From the NCBI RefSeq assembly GCF_009914755.1, contig NC_060935.1: 64,000 nucleotides of DNA, one strand, 5' to 3'. A program made the position numbers and the translations under genes. Positions 26,480 to 40,590 of this stretch are shown here, piece by piece. Every line of letters begins with the position of its first letter. The stretch's first letter is position 1. The stretch is from the human T2T-CHM13v2.0 reference genome, Homo sapiens. Under the pieces are notes generated by a model. The model saw only the letters and a list, made by a program, of their open reading frames with translations, was not told where the DNA came from and ran no database searches.

Positions 26480-28450
26480 AAAATGTTTTCCCCCTAAATC
26501 AAAATAATATATGTAAACAGTTTAAGAAGCCAAAGAATACTATGAAAGTTTATAATAAAAAATAACAGTCTTCTGCTTCACCCACATACCTGAGTGCCAT
26601 TCTCTCAACTCCTTTGCTATTTCTTCCAGAATTCACTTCAACATATCTAAATAATGTGCTTATACAGCAATTTTTGATTGTCATGTGATGTTCTCTACTA
26701 CTTCCCTCCATTGCATTATCTGCCACTTCTGACCAGTAGAATCTAATGGAAAGGCGTCATTTTTTGCTTACTTAATTTCCTATGTTTCTATTAATACCTC
26801 CACCCAAATTAGCTGACAGAACTATAAAATCCCTCTGACATAGACTTTCCCGCATGGTCAAACACACCAGGTCATTTATCTGACCCACAGCTGTCATCTG
26901 CCCAGAGCCCTTGCTGCTGGAGCCCTCTGCCTGGCCACAGTCTGGTCAGGTTGTTTTCCAGGCCTGCTAAGCATTCATCATTTGTGACTTCTTATCACCT
27001 CCTTCTTTATTAAACCTTTTGCTTCCTGGACCCCCTTCCTTGGCTTACTTTATCATGTCAGCAGAGTGCATTTTCCAGCTGCTGTCTGAGAAAAGGTGAA
27101 TCGGGGGTATGATTTTAAGATCTTGCATGGCTGACGTTATCTTTCTTTTACTCTTACACTTGATTGATAATTTGGGTATAGAATTTTAAATTGGGAATAA
27201 TTTCCCCTCAGAATTCTTAAGGTTATTCATCTTCAGGCTCTTCTCTAGTGATGTCTATTGGCATCTGCTTCCTAACTCTTTGCATGTAATCTCTTCCCTT
27301 TCTGGGAGCTTTCAGGAAGATGAGTGACTTTGAAAAAGTTAACTAGGTTGGCCACTTGCAATCCGTCAGCCCATGTCCCTCAGCTATGGGAAATGTGCTT
27401 GTATTATTTCTCTGTTCTTATTAGTCAGATTTTGGACTTGCTGAATTGATCCTTTAGTTTTCTTACCTATTTTGTTCTATTTATTTTTAGCACACCTCCC
27501 CTTCCATTTATCTTTCAACCCATTTATGGGAATTTTAACTTTCCTATTTCTAATGTCCAAGAGTGCTCTCCTTTTCTCTGATCTATACCCCTTTGTGTAT
27601 ATGTTCTTGTTTTACATTGACAGTAATATATTTTCTTTCATATCTTGACAGGCTATAGTTTTTTTCTCTTTGAAGTTCTCTTCTCCTATATTATTTTGTT
27701 TCCTTTGAGTTCTTTTGTTTTCCTATTTGTCTTGGTCTTTTCTTACTTGCTGGAAGGTTTCCTCAGATGTCTGATGATCCTCTGTTCATATTTAAGAGTG
27801 AGATGCCAAAAAGCTCTGTGTCAACTGCTGACTGTCATCGTAAGGTGATGGAGTGGGGACCCAGGGATTTTGTGGAGGATCCACAGAAGGCACTACCAGA
27901 GTCTTTTGGTCCCCCCACTCTTCTGCTGATTTCTTTTCTAATCTCCTTCCTTATAGAGGAGATATGATACATTTGGCTGTCAAAAATGGGATCTAGAATG
28001 TCATTTTCAAAATTCAGTTGGTACTTATTTCCTCTGTTTTTGGTATGGTGACTCTCCCTTCCCTGAATCTGGAAGCTCCTTGTTGATATCTCTACGGAAC
28101 AAGCCTCCGATCCTCTGCCAGGGTGGGAGAAGACAGTCGCTTGTCCATGTGAGATGAGGGAGGAAACTTAAGGGTTTCATTGCTGCTGCTTCCACGTCAC
28201 ATAGACTCTGAATCCACCCGTTTCCAGCTCTGTGCCTCACCCCTGCCTTTGCTGTACCTGGAGGTTTTCTGTGACTCTGCTTCTAATTGATACCTCCCTC
28301 AGCAGGGGCTCAGCATTCCGTGTCTCCACACTGCTAACTCCATCCACTCTTTTTTTCAAAAGTCTGCTGGCATCTCTTGCTGGCTCTTGTCTCTTATTCT
28401 GTTTGTCCTTGTGGGTTTACTCCTGCTTGTTTTAAATCATTACTCTTATT
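26480..28450 (-). mobile_element. Ancient degraded L1M fragments
   Basis: T-rich text resembling antisense old L1 (cttgattgataatttgggtatagaattttaaattggg..., cagctatgggaaatg...tattatttct). Confidence 0.45.
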
Positions 28451-28579
28451 ATAGTGGGACTCCAGGGCGGTGAGGCATGTAACAGTCAACCACAAGCTCC
28501 TCTCAGTAGCATTTGACATGATTCTCTAGCTCCTCTTTGCTGAAGCTCTCTTTTCCCTCAGCTTTAAAAACAGCACACT

Positions 28580-28896
<317 letters not shown>

Positions 28897-29383
28897 GCCA
28901 GCATGCTTTCCAATAATCCTACCACTGTAGGCCCTAGTCCTCATCCTCCTTTTCTGGCTCTTCCTCTAATTATTAATTGTTGGTGATCTTCAGGCCTCTG
29001 TTTTAAACCGATCCCCCCTTCTCACCTAGCTCTCTCTATCCAATTTTTTGAGGTCTCAGCTTAGATGTCGCTGTCATGTACTTAATATAAACCTTCCCTG
29101 ACTCCTACCCCAATTAGGTTAGCACCCCTTGTTGGTGCACTCCTAGGCCCCATACTTTTCCTCTGAGCTCATCACAGTCACATTACTGATCAATGTCTTT
29201 CCGGACAGACTTGAAGATCCACTAGGGCAGAGTCCCTGTCTGCTTGTTCACAACAGCAGCCACAGCCTGACCAGAGTGCAAGGCATATAGAAGGTGCAAA
29301 AGAAACACATACCGAATAAACACATTCACAAAAATACATGAATGAATGAAACGAGAGAAGTGCATTTAAATCTGGTCTTGTCA

Positions 29384-29733
<350 letters not shown>

Positions 29734-30452
29734 CCTTTCAGAAAAGAGCCTTAATTTTTCTGAAACTCAGTTTGCTGTGTCTACTAAGTTGGGACAATAA
29801 TCTTACCATCCTATTCAGTAGGTTGTGTGGATCAAAAAGGAAAAAAGAAAAAATGGTATGTCATTGTGTTCAGTAAGCTAAACTCTTACACAATGTAGGG
29901 GATTATTACTGTAATGGTAAACTCTGTTACACAGAAAATTCTTGTCTGTTTTGGGGATGCGGATGTAGGAAACAGAACAGCAGGCTCGAGTTTTCAAATC
30001 TCAGGATTCTTTAAAATATGCTTTCTTTCTTAAAGTGAATCCTCAGTAAGCCTTCTCTGTATTTTCTAACACTAGGCCTTCAAGATCTAGAGACCATCTG
30101 GGGTCTTTTTTTTCCTCTCAAGCAAAACTGGTTTAGAAACATGGTGGGCCTTCATGGCTAATGGTTTTAACTTAATGCAATTTCTTAAACAACAAAAGCA
30201 AACAACATTGGAAATATTTAAAATATTTATATGCATACAGGTGTGTAACAGAGCTGACAAAACATACACGTGCCCATGTCACCAGGGGCACTTAAGTAAT
30301 TACACTGGCAGGAAGACTTTTGCTCAACTCAGATCCTTTTCTGGTCCTTTACATTTGTTCATTTTATCACTTGAGCTAAATGGGGAGAGGAGGAAACTCT
30401 TAGAAAATCCTAGCTCTTAGAGGTTTTAGGGTTGACAAAAGTCTTGTCTTTC

Positions 30453-30820
30453 TGATATGGTTTGGCTGTGTCCCCATCCAAATCTCATCTTGAATTGTAG
30501 CTTCCATAATTCCCATACGTTGTGGGAGGGACCCGGTGGGAGACAACTGAATCATGGTGACAGTTCTCCCATACTGTTCTCATGGTAGTGAATAAGTCTC
30601 ATGAGATCTGATGATTTTATAAGGGGTTTCTCCTTTGGCTTGATTCTCATTCTCTCTTGTGTGCCACCAGGTAAGATGTGCTGTTTGCTGTTTGCCTTCT
30701 ACCATGATTTTGAGGCCTCCCCAGTCATGTGGAACTGTTAGTCCATTAAACCTCTTTTTCTTTATAAATTACCCAGTTTCAGGTATGTCTTTATGAGCAG
30801 CATGAAAACAAACTAATACA
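30453..30820 (+). mobile_element. THE1-family MaLR solo LTR
   Basis: tgatatggtttggctgtgtcccca...ccattaaacctctttt...actaataca; TSD ctttc/ttttc; ATTAAA at 30745-30750. Confidence 0.92.
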
Positions 30821-31079
30821 TTTTCACATCCCCATCAGAATCTTTGAAGCACCACATCAGGCTCAGCTTGGTAGATCCACTGGACTCCAGTGATCAACCT
30901 GATGAACCTTCTCCTGACCATACCCTGTAAATGGTGCCTTGGCTTCCAGGGAAGGAAGTGGGCAGGTGGAAAAAGCAATGGTCTCAGAGTTGAAAGACTT
31001 GAATTCCAGTTCAAACTCTACCTCTAAATATGTGGATTAGGCAAATTACCTTGTTATTAATACACATGTTTATATTGTA

Positions 31080-33120
31080 AACATAACTTCTGTTTTCTTT
31101 CTCTTGGACTGAAAATTATAAGCATTTTCCCATAGTTCAGACTTTTATGATAATTTTAATGGCTATATAATATTAAGTAGATATACTATATTTTATTATA
31201 TGCTTTCTTATAATTAGACATTTGGATTGTTTCCAAATTGCCACAATTTTAAACAATGCTGTGATAAGTGTGCAGCTTTTCCTAGGTACTGGTTTATTTC
31301 TTTAAGAGATACTCTCAGAAGCTGAACATTTTTATGGTTTAATACAAAATGCCAAATTGCTTTCCCAAAGGGTTGTACTGATTTATGATGCAACTAGTAA
31401 TATATATTGGTATAGTTCCACCGCAGCCTCAATGGGATTGGATATTAACTTGAAGGATTCTAACTTATTAGGCTAAAAAAAAGATACACCATTATTTTAA
31501 TTTGTACTGCTTCAATTATTAGTGTGGTTAAACATATTTCATGTATGTTTATTGTGTACTATACATTTTTTAAAGCTTTTCTACACATAAGCTTTAGCCA
31601 TTACCTGTAAGATCATAATGCCTTTTTTCCTCCCACAGCATCTGAGCTTTAATGTAATATACATATTAACTCTTGGTCACTCATGTTTACTGCATATATT
31701 TTCTTACTCTGTGATTTTTCTTATTTTGTAAGTTTTATAAGACATGTGGAAATTTTACATATTTATGTAAACATTTCTCAATCTTTTTCTTTGTGGTTTC
31801 TTCAGTGACTTTAGTGCTTAAAAGTCCTCTTCGACCCAGAGATATGTGAATATTGGGTTTTACCCTCTTCTAGCTTGACTTTTAAATATTTACCTCTTTA
31901 ATCCGTCTGAAATTTATTTTGGCATATGGTATGAGGTGAGGTCTGAATCAGAGGTTGAAAATGAAAATTCCTCTGGGGGCAGGCAGGTAAGTTAAAGGAG
32001 TAAAGCAGGCCAGGTACATGTAAGAAAAATGGAGGAGGTGGAGATGGGTGAATTACAGAGTATGAGTTCCATCCAAAGGGGGCAGGGCCTTGTTCTCACA
32101 GGAATTTTGGTCTTCTAATTTTTTAAGGGAAGCCATAAACCTGTAGTTTTATGGAGGGTCATCCAATGTTAAATAGTGGGCCAACACTGCAGGCTAAAAC
32201 TCCTTCTCTGTGTCTTATCAACTGCATCCATCTCACTGAATGCCACTTTGCAGACTCGGGTTACATTTGATGCTTTTCCAAGTTATTGCAAAAACATTTA
32301 TTGATCCAGCCTTCTCTTCTCCATTAATTTGTAATTCTTCATTTTTCAAATAATAAATTTTTACATGTAACTGGTAATATTTGTAGTACTTCACTAATCT
32401 GCTTGACTCCTATTCTCATTTATTAAGGATTTATGATATATTAAGATATTTAAAGATGAGTACCCTTTCATGATTCTTCTTCCTGTAATTTCTTCCATAC
32501 TTTCATCTGTTTATTATTCCAGATGAAGTCTTTAGCCATGCAATCAAATCTCTTCAATTCCCTTTAGGATTCTGTTTGACATTCCATTAAACTTATAAAT
32601 TGACATATTTAGAGTATTTCACCTTCCCATCTAGGAACATGTTATAGTTCCTAATTATTCATGTCCTGTTTTATAGCTCTCAATAAAATTTTGCAGTTTT
32701 TGTCACACAGGTCACATGTAGTCCTCATTCAGATGATACTTTAATTTTTATTGATTTTTTTTGACTGGGGCATTTTTCATTATATTTCATAAGTGGTTGT
32801 TGCAGGTATATGGGAAATCTATTGACTTTTGGAAAAGCTATCTTGTGCCCCAGTTACAAGTTCTGAATTCCTATTAAGTAAAATAGTTTTTCAGTTAATG
32901 TTTTTTTTTTCTCTAGGAATACAAACACACCCTTCACAAATAACGATGACTTTTTCTCAGCCTCTTGTTTCTATGTCATATCTTATCTTGGACAAAGCTT
33001 CTAAAACAATGCTAACTAATCGGTGCACCTTATTTTATTAGTGATTTTAAAGATAATTTTTCAAACATTTAACCAGGAACCATAATATTGACTTTTGACT
33101 AAAAGCTGATGTTCTTATGA
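31080..33120 (-). mobile_element. Old L1ME-type fragment with an internal MER102-like insertion (~31950-32260)
   Basis: gacatttggattgtttcca, gccaaattgctttcccaaagggttgtac, aatttattttggcatatggtatgaggt, cttcccatctaggaacatg. Confidence 0.65.
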
Positions 33121-34159
33121 TGCTGTTTCTTTTTCTGTCTTTCGTTTTCAGTATTTCTATGACTTAGTATTGTCCTCAGAGGTGTTTCTGTTACTTAGTG
33201 AACACAAAAGACACATCTCAGCACGGTGCATTCAAAAGTGTTGGGGGCTTGCAAAATACATGTGAACCAGATACACCTGCTGGGGTCCCTAGCTCTGCCT
33301 CTGCCTGCCTTCAACACAACTCCCTGCCTAATCTGGAAAATGGAGATAGTAATTCTGACTGCATAAGTTGGTTATGAGAATTAAAATAAGTTAACGTAAA
33401 TAAATTGTGCTTAGGGTAATATTTGGCACCTAAGAAAAGCTCAACAGATTTCACTTTCTTCCTCCATCACTTAAAAGAAAGAGATAATGGTAGAACAATC
33501 TCCCAAATGCAAGCTTTCCAAGGAATAGCGTGCACTTACAGGCCTGAGAAAACTCAAACTCTATTTGTGGAAAACATCACGTTAGCCTTCTGCTTTAGGT
33601 CACAGGGCTTTTTCTCACTTTCTCAAAATTATACAGTCCATCCCTTGTACCCTGACTAGACTCTCTTGGCCTATGACACAAATGAAAATAAAAAAAAAAT
33701 CAGGCTGACATGTAATATGAACCAGGAATGAAACAAACTGGGCTTCTTTTAGCCGAGAACATGAGCATTGCTTAGATAAAGGCATGAACAAGCAGCTACT
33801 CAAACTAAAACCAGATGCTCAGAGGTTTCTGGCTTACAATTTGTTATAACCCTTCATATAACACTCATTGTGCTGGCGTTTCAACAGAAAGTCTTCTGCT
33901 CTGTTTAAGCAGCAAGAAACCAGCCCTAACCTCCCTCAAATTTGCCATCACTAAATCTTTGCTTAATTGTAAAGGAGCTCTTCCCCCAAACAGAGATTCT
34001 TGGTATATACTCTTCCGCCCAGAGAAGTGTCAGGGAGTGACAAAGCTCGCACCCTGCAGCATCCTCAGTCTGAACTGTCTTCCCAGTGTTGTATGAAAGG
34101 AAACACGGGGGTACTAAGGAACTGGGTACTGACTTGGGAGGGGCCCAGGAATGAAAGCC

Positions 34160-34400
34160 AGTGTGGATAGAGCATGATTCTTCAGGCAGACTGGCCTAGA
34201 TTCAAATCCTGGCTCTGCTCTTACTCAATGTGTGACTGGGCAAGTTTGTTAATTTCTCGGAACCTTGTTTCATCATCTCTATAAAGAAAATAAGAGTTGT
34301 TCCTGCTTTCCCAGGTCTATTACAAACTTAAAGTTAGGTAATGCAGGTATAACACTTAGCATGCTCCTGGGACCCTGTAAGCCCTCAAAAATGTTAGTGC
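34160..34400 (+). mobile_element. MIR
   Basis: ttcaaatcctggctctgc...tgtgtgactgggcaagt... Confidence 0.65.
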
Positions 34401-34409
34401 ATGTTACTG

Positions 34410-34670
34410 CCAATAACAATAGCGAACACTTATATAGCACCTATTACATGCCAGGCACTGTTCTCCATATTTTACAATTAACTCATTTTAACTTCATAAT
34501 TACCTTCATGAGTTGGGTACTAATATTATTGTCATTTTTCAGATAAGGAAACTGAGGCACTGATGGGTTATCTTTCTTGCCCAAAGTCCCACTGCTATTA
34601 AGTGGCAGAGACTGTATTCAACCAGCTACCTGGCTTCAAATCCATTCTCTAACCACTAAGCCACACTGCC
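34410..34670 (-). mobile_element. MIR
   Basis: tgccaggcactgttct...cagataaggaaactgaggcac...cttgcccaaagtc. Confidence 0.75.
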
Positions 34671-34779
34671 TCTCTTTATTGTTATATTGCACACTATTTT
34701 ATTTAGTGCCACCTTGAGACTGCCTTCACACAGAAGGGAACACACACAATTTAGGCCATAAGTGGGTTACTCTGTCAGG

Positions 34780-36010
34780 CAATCCATTTCTGGAAAGCAC
34801 TGCTGACCCTGAGATCAGTGTGAATCCTACCCTGTATCCCACTCCCCTCCACCTTCAAGGTTGATCTCATCTTCCTTGCCCTCTCCCCATCCCATGGGAA
34901 GAGGTGTGTCTCCTCCTTTCCTAGGCTCCTCCTTCTGCCTCTGCCTGCCATTCCATGCCTCCCACCTTCTTCCATTAGTCATCTCCCCTCTCTCCTGGGC
35001 CTCCAGTCTTCCCCCCTGGCTCCTTTCCCACAGCTGACAGCACGTCCAGGGCTTCCCCACCTTACATAAACCTTTACTTGAACCTGCCTCCTCCTCAGGT
35101 TACTCCCATCTGTCTCCTTCCCTGCTCTGTCTAGAAGTAACTGTTTCCACTCTATGCCTCTCATTCACTCCTGAACTCGTGGTGACCCTGCTTCTGCCTG
35201 CACCAATGGGTGGAAACTGCTCCCAATGAGGGCGCCAGTGACCTCCTAATGACCAATGCCAGCAGCTTCTTTGTAATCATCTTCCTAAGTTTTCTCTACT
35301 TTTTCCCGTCTGTCTTCTGAACGTTGGGGCTCCATCCTTAACTCCTTGCTTCTTGGTTGATACATCTCCTCAGGTACTCTAAGCTCCACCTGCTACTCTG
35401 TTACACCCACACTCATGCTGTCCACCAGGTAACTGTCTCAAATTCAGAGCTATCTCCAAGTCAAGACCTACTTACCCATCTGCCTATTAGTAACTGCCAA
35501 CAACTAACTTCCACTGGGAAGTTCCATTAGCAGCTCAACAACTAACTTCCCCTCCTTATTTCCCAATGTAATTAGTGATATCACCATCCATCTATTCTCC
35601 AAGGTCGAAACTCAATGCCTCTCCCTTACAAGGTAAAATACAAGTGGTCAATAGAACCAGCCTATAATGTCCTGGAATGTCTTCCCTCCTTTATACAAAA
35701 GCGGTGGCATTTGCTTTAGTGTAGGTTCTCTTCTTTCATCTAATCCCACTGGCTAAAGAAACAGTCTTCCAATTGGTCTCCCTGTCTCATTTATATATGT
35801 TGCTGCCAGCCAAAGATACCTATACAACACCCAACTCATGCTACATCTTCACTTAAAAACCATCCTGTGCTTCCCACTGCTTTCAAAACCAGACTTCCAA
35901 GCTGGCTAGCCAACAGAGACAAAGCCTGTCCCAGGCTGGCCTGAACCTCATTTTCCAGGCTCTCCTCTGGGTATCACCCTCTCATGTACTCCTCCTACTT
36001 CCAGTCTCCT
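34780..36010 (+). mobile_element. L2 fragments
   Basis: Pyrimidine-rich L2-like text (gaaactgctcc...cagtgacctcctaatgacc, caccatccatct, attggtctccctg). Confidence 0.5.
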
Positions 36011-36240
36011 GGACATACCAGGCACTCACACAACAAGTGCATACATGAGAGAGGACATGGTGAGAAATGTGTAGATATTAGGGTCAGACAGAACTGGATT
36101 CAAACTCTAGCCCCTTCACTAACTGGGTATTTAACTTCTGCCTAGTCATTTAAATATTCTGAGCTTCATTTTCCTATGGAGGGGTGGTAGGCAGAAAATA
36201 TTTGCTTCATATGCCTATTGTAAAGGTTTGAAATAGTTTA

Positions 36241-36859
<619 letters not shown>

Positions 36860-37551
36860 GAAATAGTTTATGTTAAATATCTAAGATAATACTTAGATAC
36901 AGTATGTATTGAACAAACAGTAGCCAAAATTATTAATTTTGCCAAGTAGTTCCAGAGAAGAATTTGTAAAGATTGAAAAGCCCCGAAACTAGAATGGGAC
37001 ATTGGAGAAGTTCCTTATGAACTCTGAAGAAAGCCAAATTTATAAGAACAAATAAAAGTTAGTGCTTTGGAATGTTCTGGAACTCACATTTCCATTTTTG
37101 AGTTAAGGAGTACTGGCAAAGAAAGATGGAATCTAGCAGCCTTGGGATGCATAAAGTCCTGAGGACAGAAAGAGCCTTCCTTAGCCAGGTACCTGGCAGT
37201 GCCTTGAAAGGGTGGCTGTGCCTTCATTCCCTCAAAGCTGCCGATAAGAAGTTCATGCCCATAACAGAAGCTTCTAGCTTGCAGGGAAGAACATCAGTGA
37301 TGCCTGACCTTCTTGCTAGGTGTTCACTGACCCTCTGATGGGGGTCTTCCATGTTCCCTGTCTTGTCAGGCAGCTGGGCTCCAGGGGAAGTTACTGGAGT
37401 TGGATTCGAAGACTCGGCTTTATGTTGTGTGAGCCACTGGTCACAGACTGTTTCCTCATCTTTAAAATGCAAATAATGATCCTTTCCAGCCAGTTCATCT
37501 GTGTGGTTGAGCAGAGACTGCTACTATCTTATGGTCTTCTCAATTCCTCCT

Positions 37552-38246
<695 letters not shown>

Positions 38247-40189
38247 CTCCTTTATTTCTTCTTTTTAGGGTGACTCTTTTCTTGTATTTTTCTTTCTGGA
38301 TTCCCACTTCTGCTCTGGCCCCAAGTTGTTAATAATTATTTGTACACTGCTTTCCAGCTCACTAAGTACTCTTCTCAAAATATGTCCTTTCTGCCTCACA
38401 ACCTCCTTCTACATGCCTGGCAGAGGTAGCAGCCCTCCTCTCTGCTCCCATGGAGCTCCCACAGACCCCTTTGTTGGCCCAGGCCACATTATACTAGAAT
38501 TATTTATGAAAGGGTTGGTTCTCCCGATTGATTATAGGCTCTTTGAGGGCAAAGCTTCTGTTTTATTCACTGTGAAGCCTCTAGCACTCAGCAAAGTAGA
38601 TGTTCAGCAAATGCTGAATACTTGACACATTTAGAAACACACTGAGTACCTACCACAAATCCTATGCTTTCACATCATTGTCAGATTCTCTAAAGTAAGT
38701 TTGATTCCCAAGGATAGATGAGTTTGGTGAGGGTAAGACTTATCCAAAATCCCACAGCTCATAACTAGTACAGCCCGCATCTAAACCCAGGCTGGGCTGA
38801 CTCCAAAGCCTTTGTCCTTTCCTCGGACCACACCATCTATCTGGTCAGCTCTACCCCCAACTGTACTCCTGCCTCCAACAACCTCAACTATCGACCACCA
38901 GTGCCAATTCCAGCAGAGATTCACATGTTACTTGCAGCTAGGTTATTCCTAAGAGGGTGTTACCGAACAGGCGGCCTCACATTTAATTATGTCCCACATA
39001 TCAGTGGTGCTGTAAAGGGAAAGAAAAAATAATATCACTATGTGAGAACCCTCTCAAAGCTGCCGTTCTGTCAGTGGAAAAGCCAGCTGGCAAACGGGAA
39101 TGAGCAACTGCCTTTAGCGACTGACAGAAAAAAAAAAGAGCTAAAAGAAAATAAAAATTTAATCATCAGTTATAAAAATTAAACCACTGCTGACAAAATA
39201 TCTTCTATCAGAATCTACATCTGAATGGAGGATAGGAGCAGGGGTTCCTTCAACAGGAGTGAGTACCAGGTTAGAGATGTTCTATAAATAAGTCAGATGA
39301 GCGGACTGCAGGCACGTGGCCAGCACACTGTGAGCCTAGGAGGTGTGATGCCATGGTCTCTAAGACCCTATCTGTCTTGCTGATTCTCTGACTACGAGAG
39401 GGTATAAAGACACACATGGATGTCACCACTCCAGAAACTTGGATTTAGACCTGGTCACTGAGATGTAAGAGTAAGAATGTGTGTTTTGGATTGCTAACCT
39501 AACTCTGCTATTTCCTATTTATGAGATCTTGGCAATTAGCATTAGATCTCTGAGCCTCATTTCTGAATTAGGCTTCTACGTGTTTCTCTGGATATCTTTT
39601 CTAGGACATGTGTTTACCACTTATCATTATTTATCTTTACATATGTGTATATATATTTGATGATTGTATTTAAACTTGAGAATCCATCTCAAACTGCCTC
39701 AGACCTGTCTATGAACACCATGGAGGCAGAAAGCATGGCTATTTTACATACCAGTGACAGTACATGCCTGCTCAGAACTGGCACATGAAAGGCAATGAGT
39801 AAACACGGGTTGAATAATGAACAAATGAACAGATGCAGTGTCTAGGTCTGTCTGCAACTGGCGTCTACCACTCTGGACTTGCTCCTGCTGTCTGTCCCCG
39901 TTAAAGCATCATGCAAGGTGCTTCGAGGCATAATGGAAAACGTCCATGGTTCCTGGATGATACAAAGAGACTGAACCAAGCCATTTTCCTTCCACCTCAA
40001 TTACATGGGCAGCTTCTCCTTTTTCTCAGCTTCGCTTACCCTAACTTACTAGCCCATGAGAAACCTCAAGGCCTCAAGGCTAAGTACCATGTCTGCCTCC
40101 TGGCTATACCCAATGTCCAGACAAGGGTCTGGCACACAGTAAGAGGGGGTCTCAGTTGGTCTTTGTTGAACCAAACAGACCTGATGAAG

Positions 40190-40590
40190 TCTGTGGCAGA
40201 CACTGCTATGTGCCTACCCCATATTCATTTCCCTTCTCTGTGAGAGAACCCTAATTTTGTTGAGAGTACCAATGTAGCAAGCTAAAAATATCCCCTTCTT
40301 CAGACTTCCTTATATCTCTGAGTGTCCAAGTGACACAGCTCTGCCAAAGAAATGTAAGCTGAATGTTTTAGGAAAAATTCTGCTTTCCTACTTCCTTATC
40401 TTTTCTTATTTTTCCTGCCTGACATGCAGACATAAGCCCCGGAACTATAGCTACCATTTTATGACCATGAGGTAGCAAGCATAAAAACAGCAGCCCATCT
40501 CCTAGACAAAAAGTGTGCACCAGAACATCAAAACTCTACTTAAATGCTACTCTATTGGGGATTTTGGTTATCTGTATACCAAATGCCTTG
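40190..40590 (+). mobile_element. Old ERVL/MaLR LTR (LTR33/MLT1-like)
   Basis: tgtggcagacactg...cccttc...gtgacacagctctgcc...ctaccattttatgaccatgagg. Confidence 0.5.

Noticed and set aside
34160-34670. Tail-to-tail inverted MIR pair as a dsRNA structure
   Set aside because: The copies look too diverged for a stable long stem, and such pairs are common.
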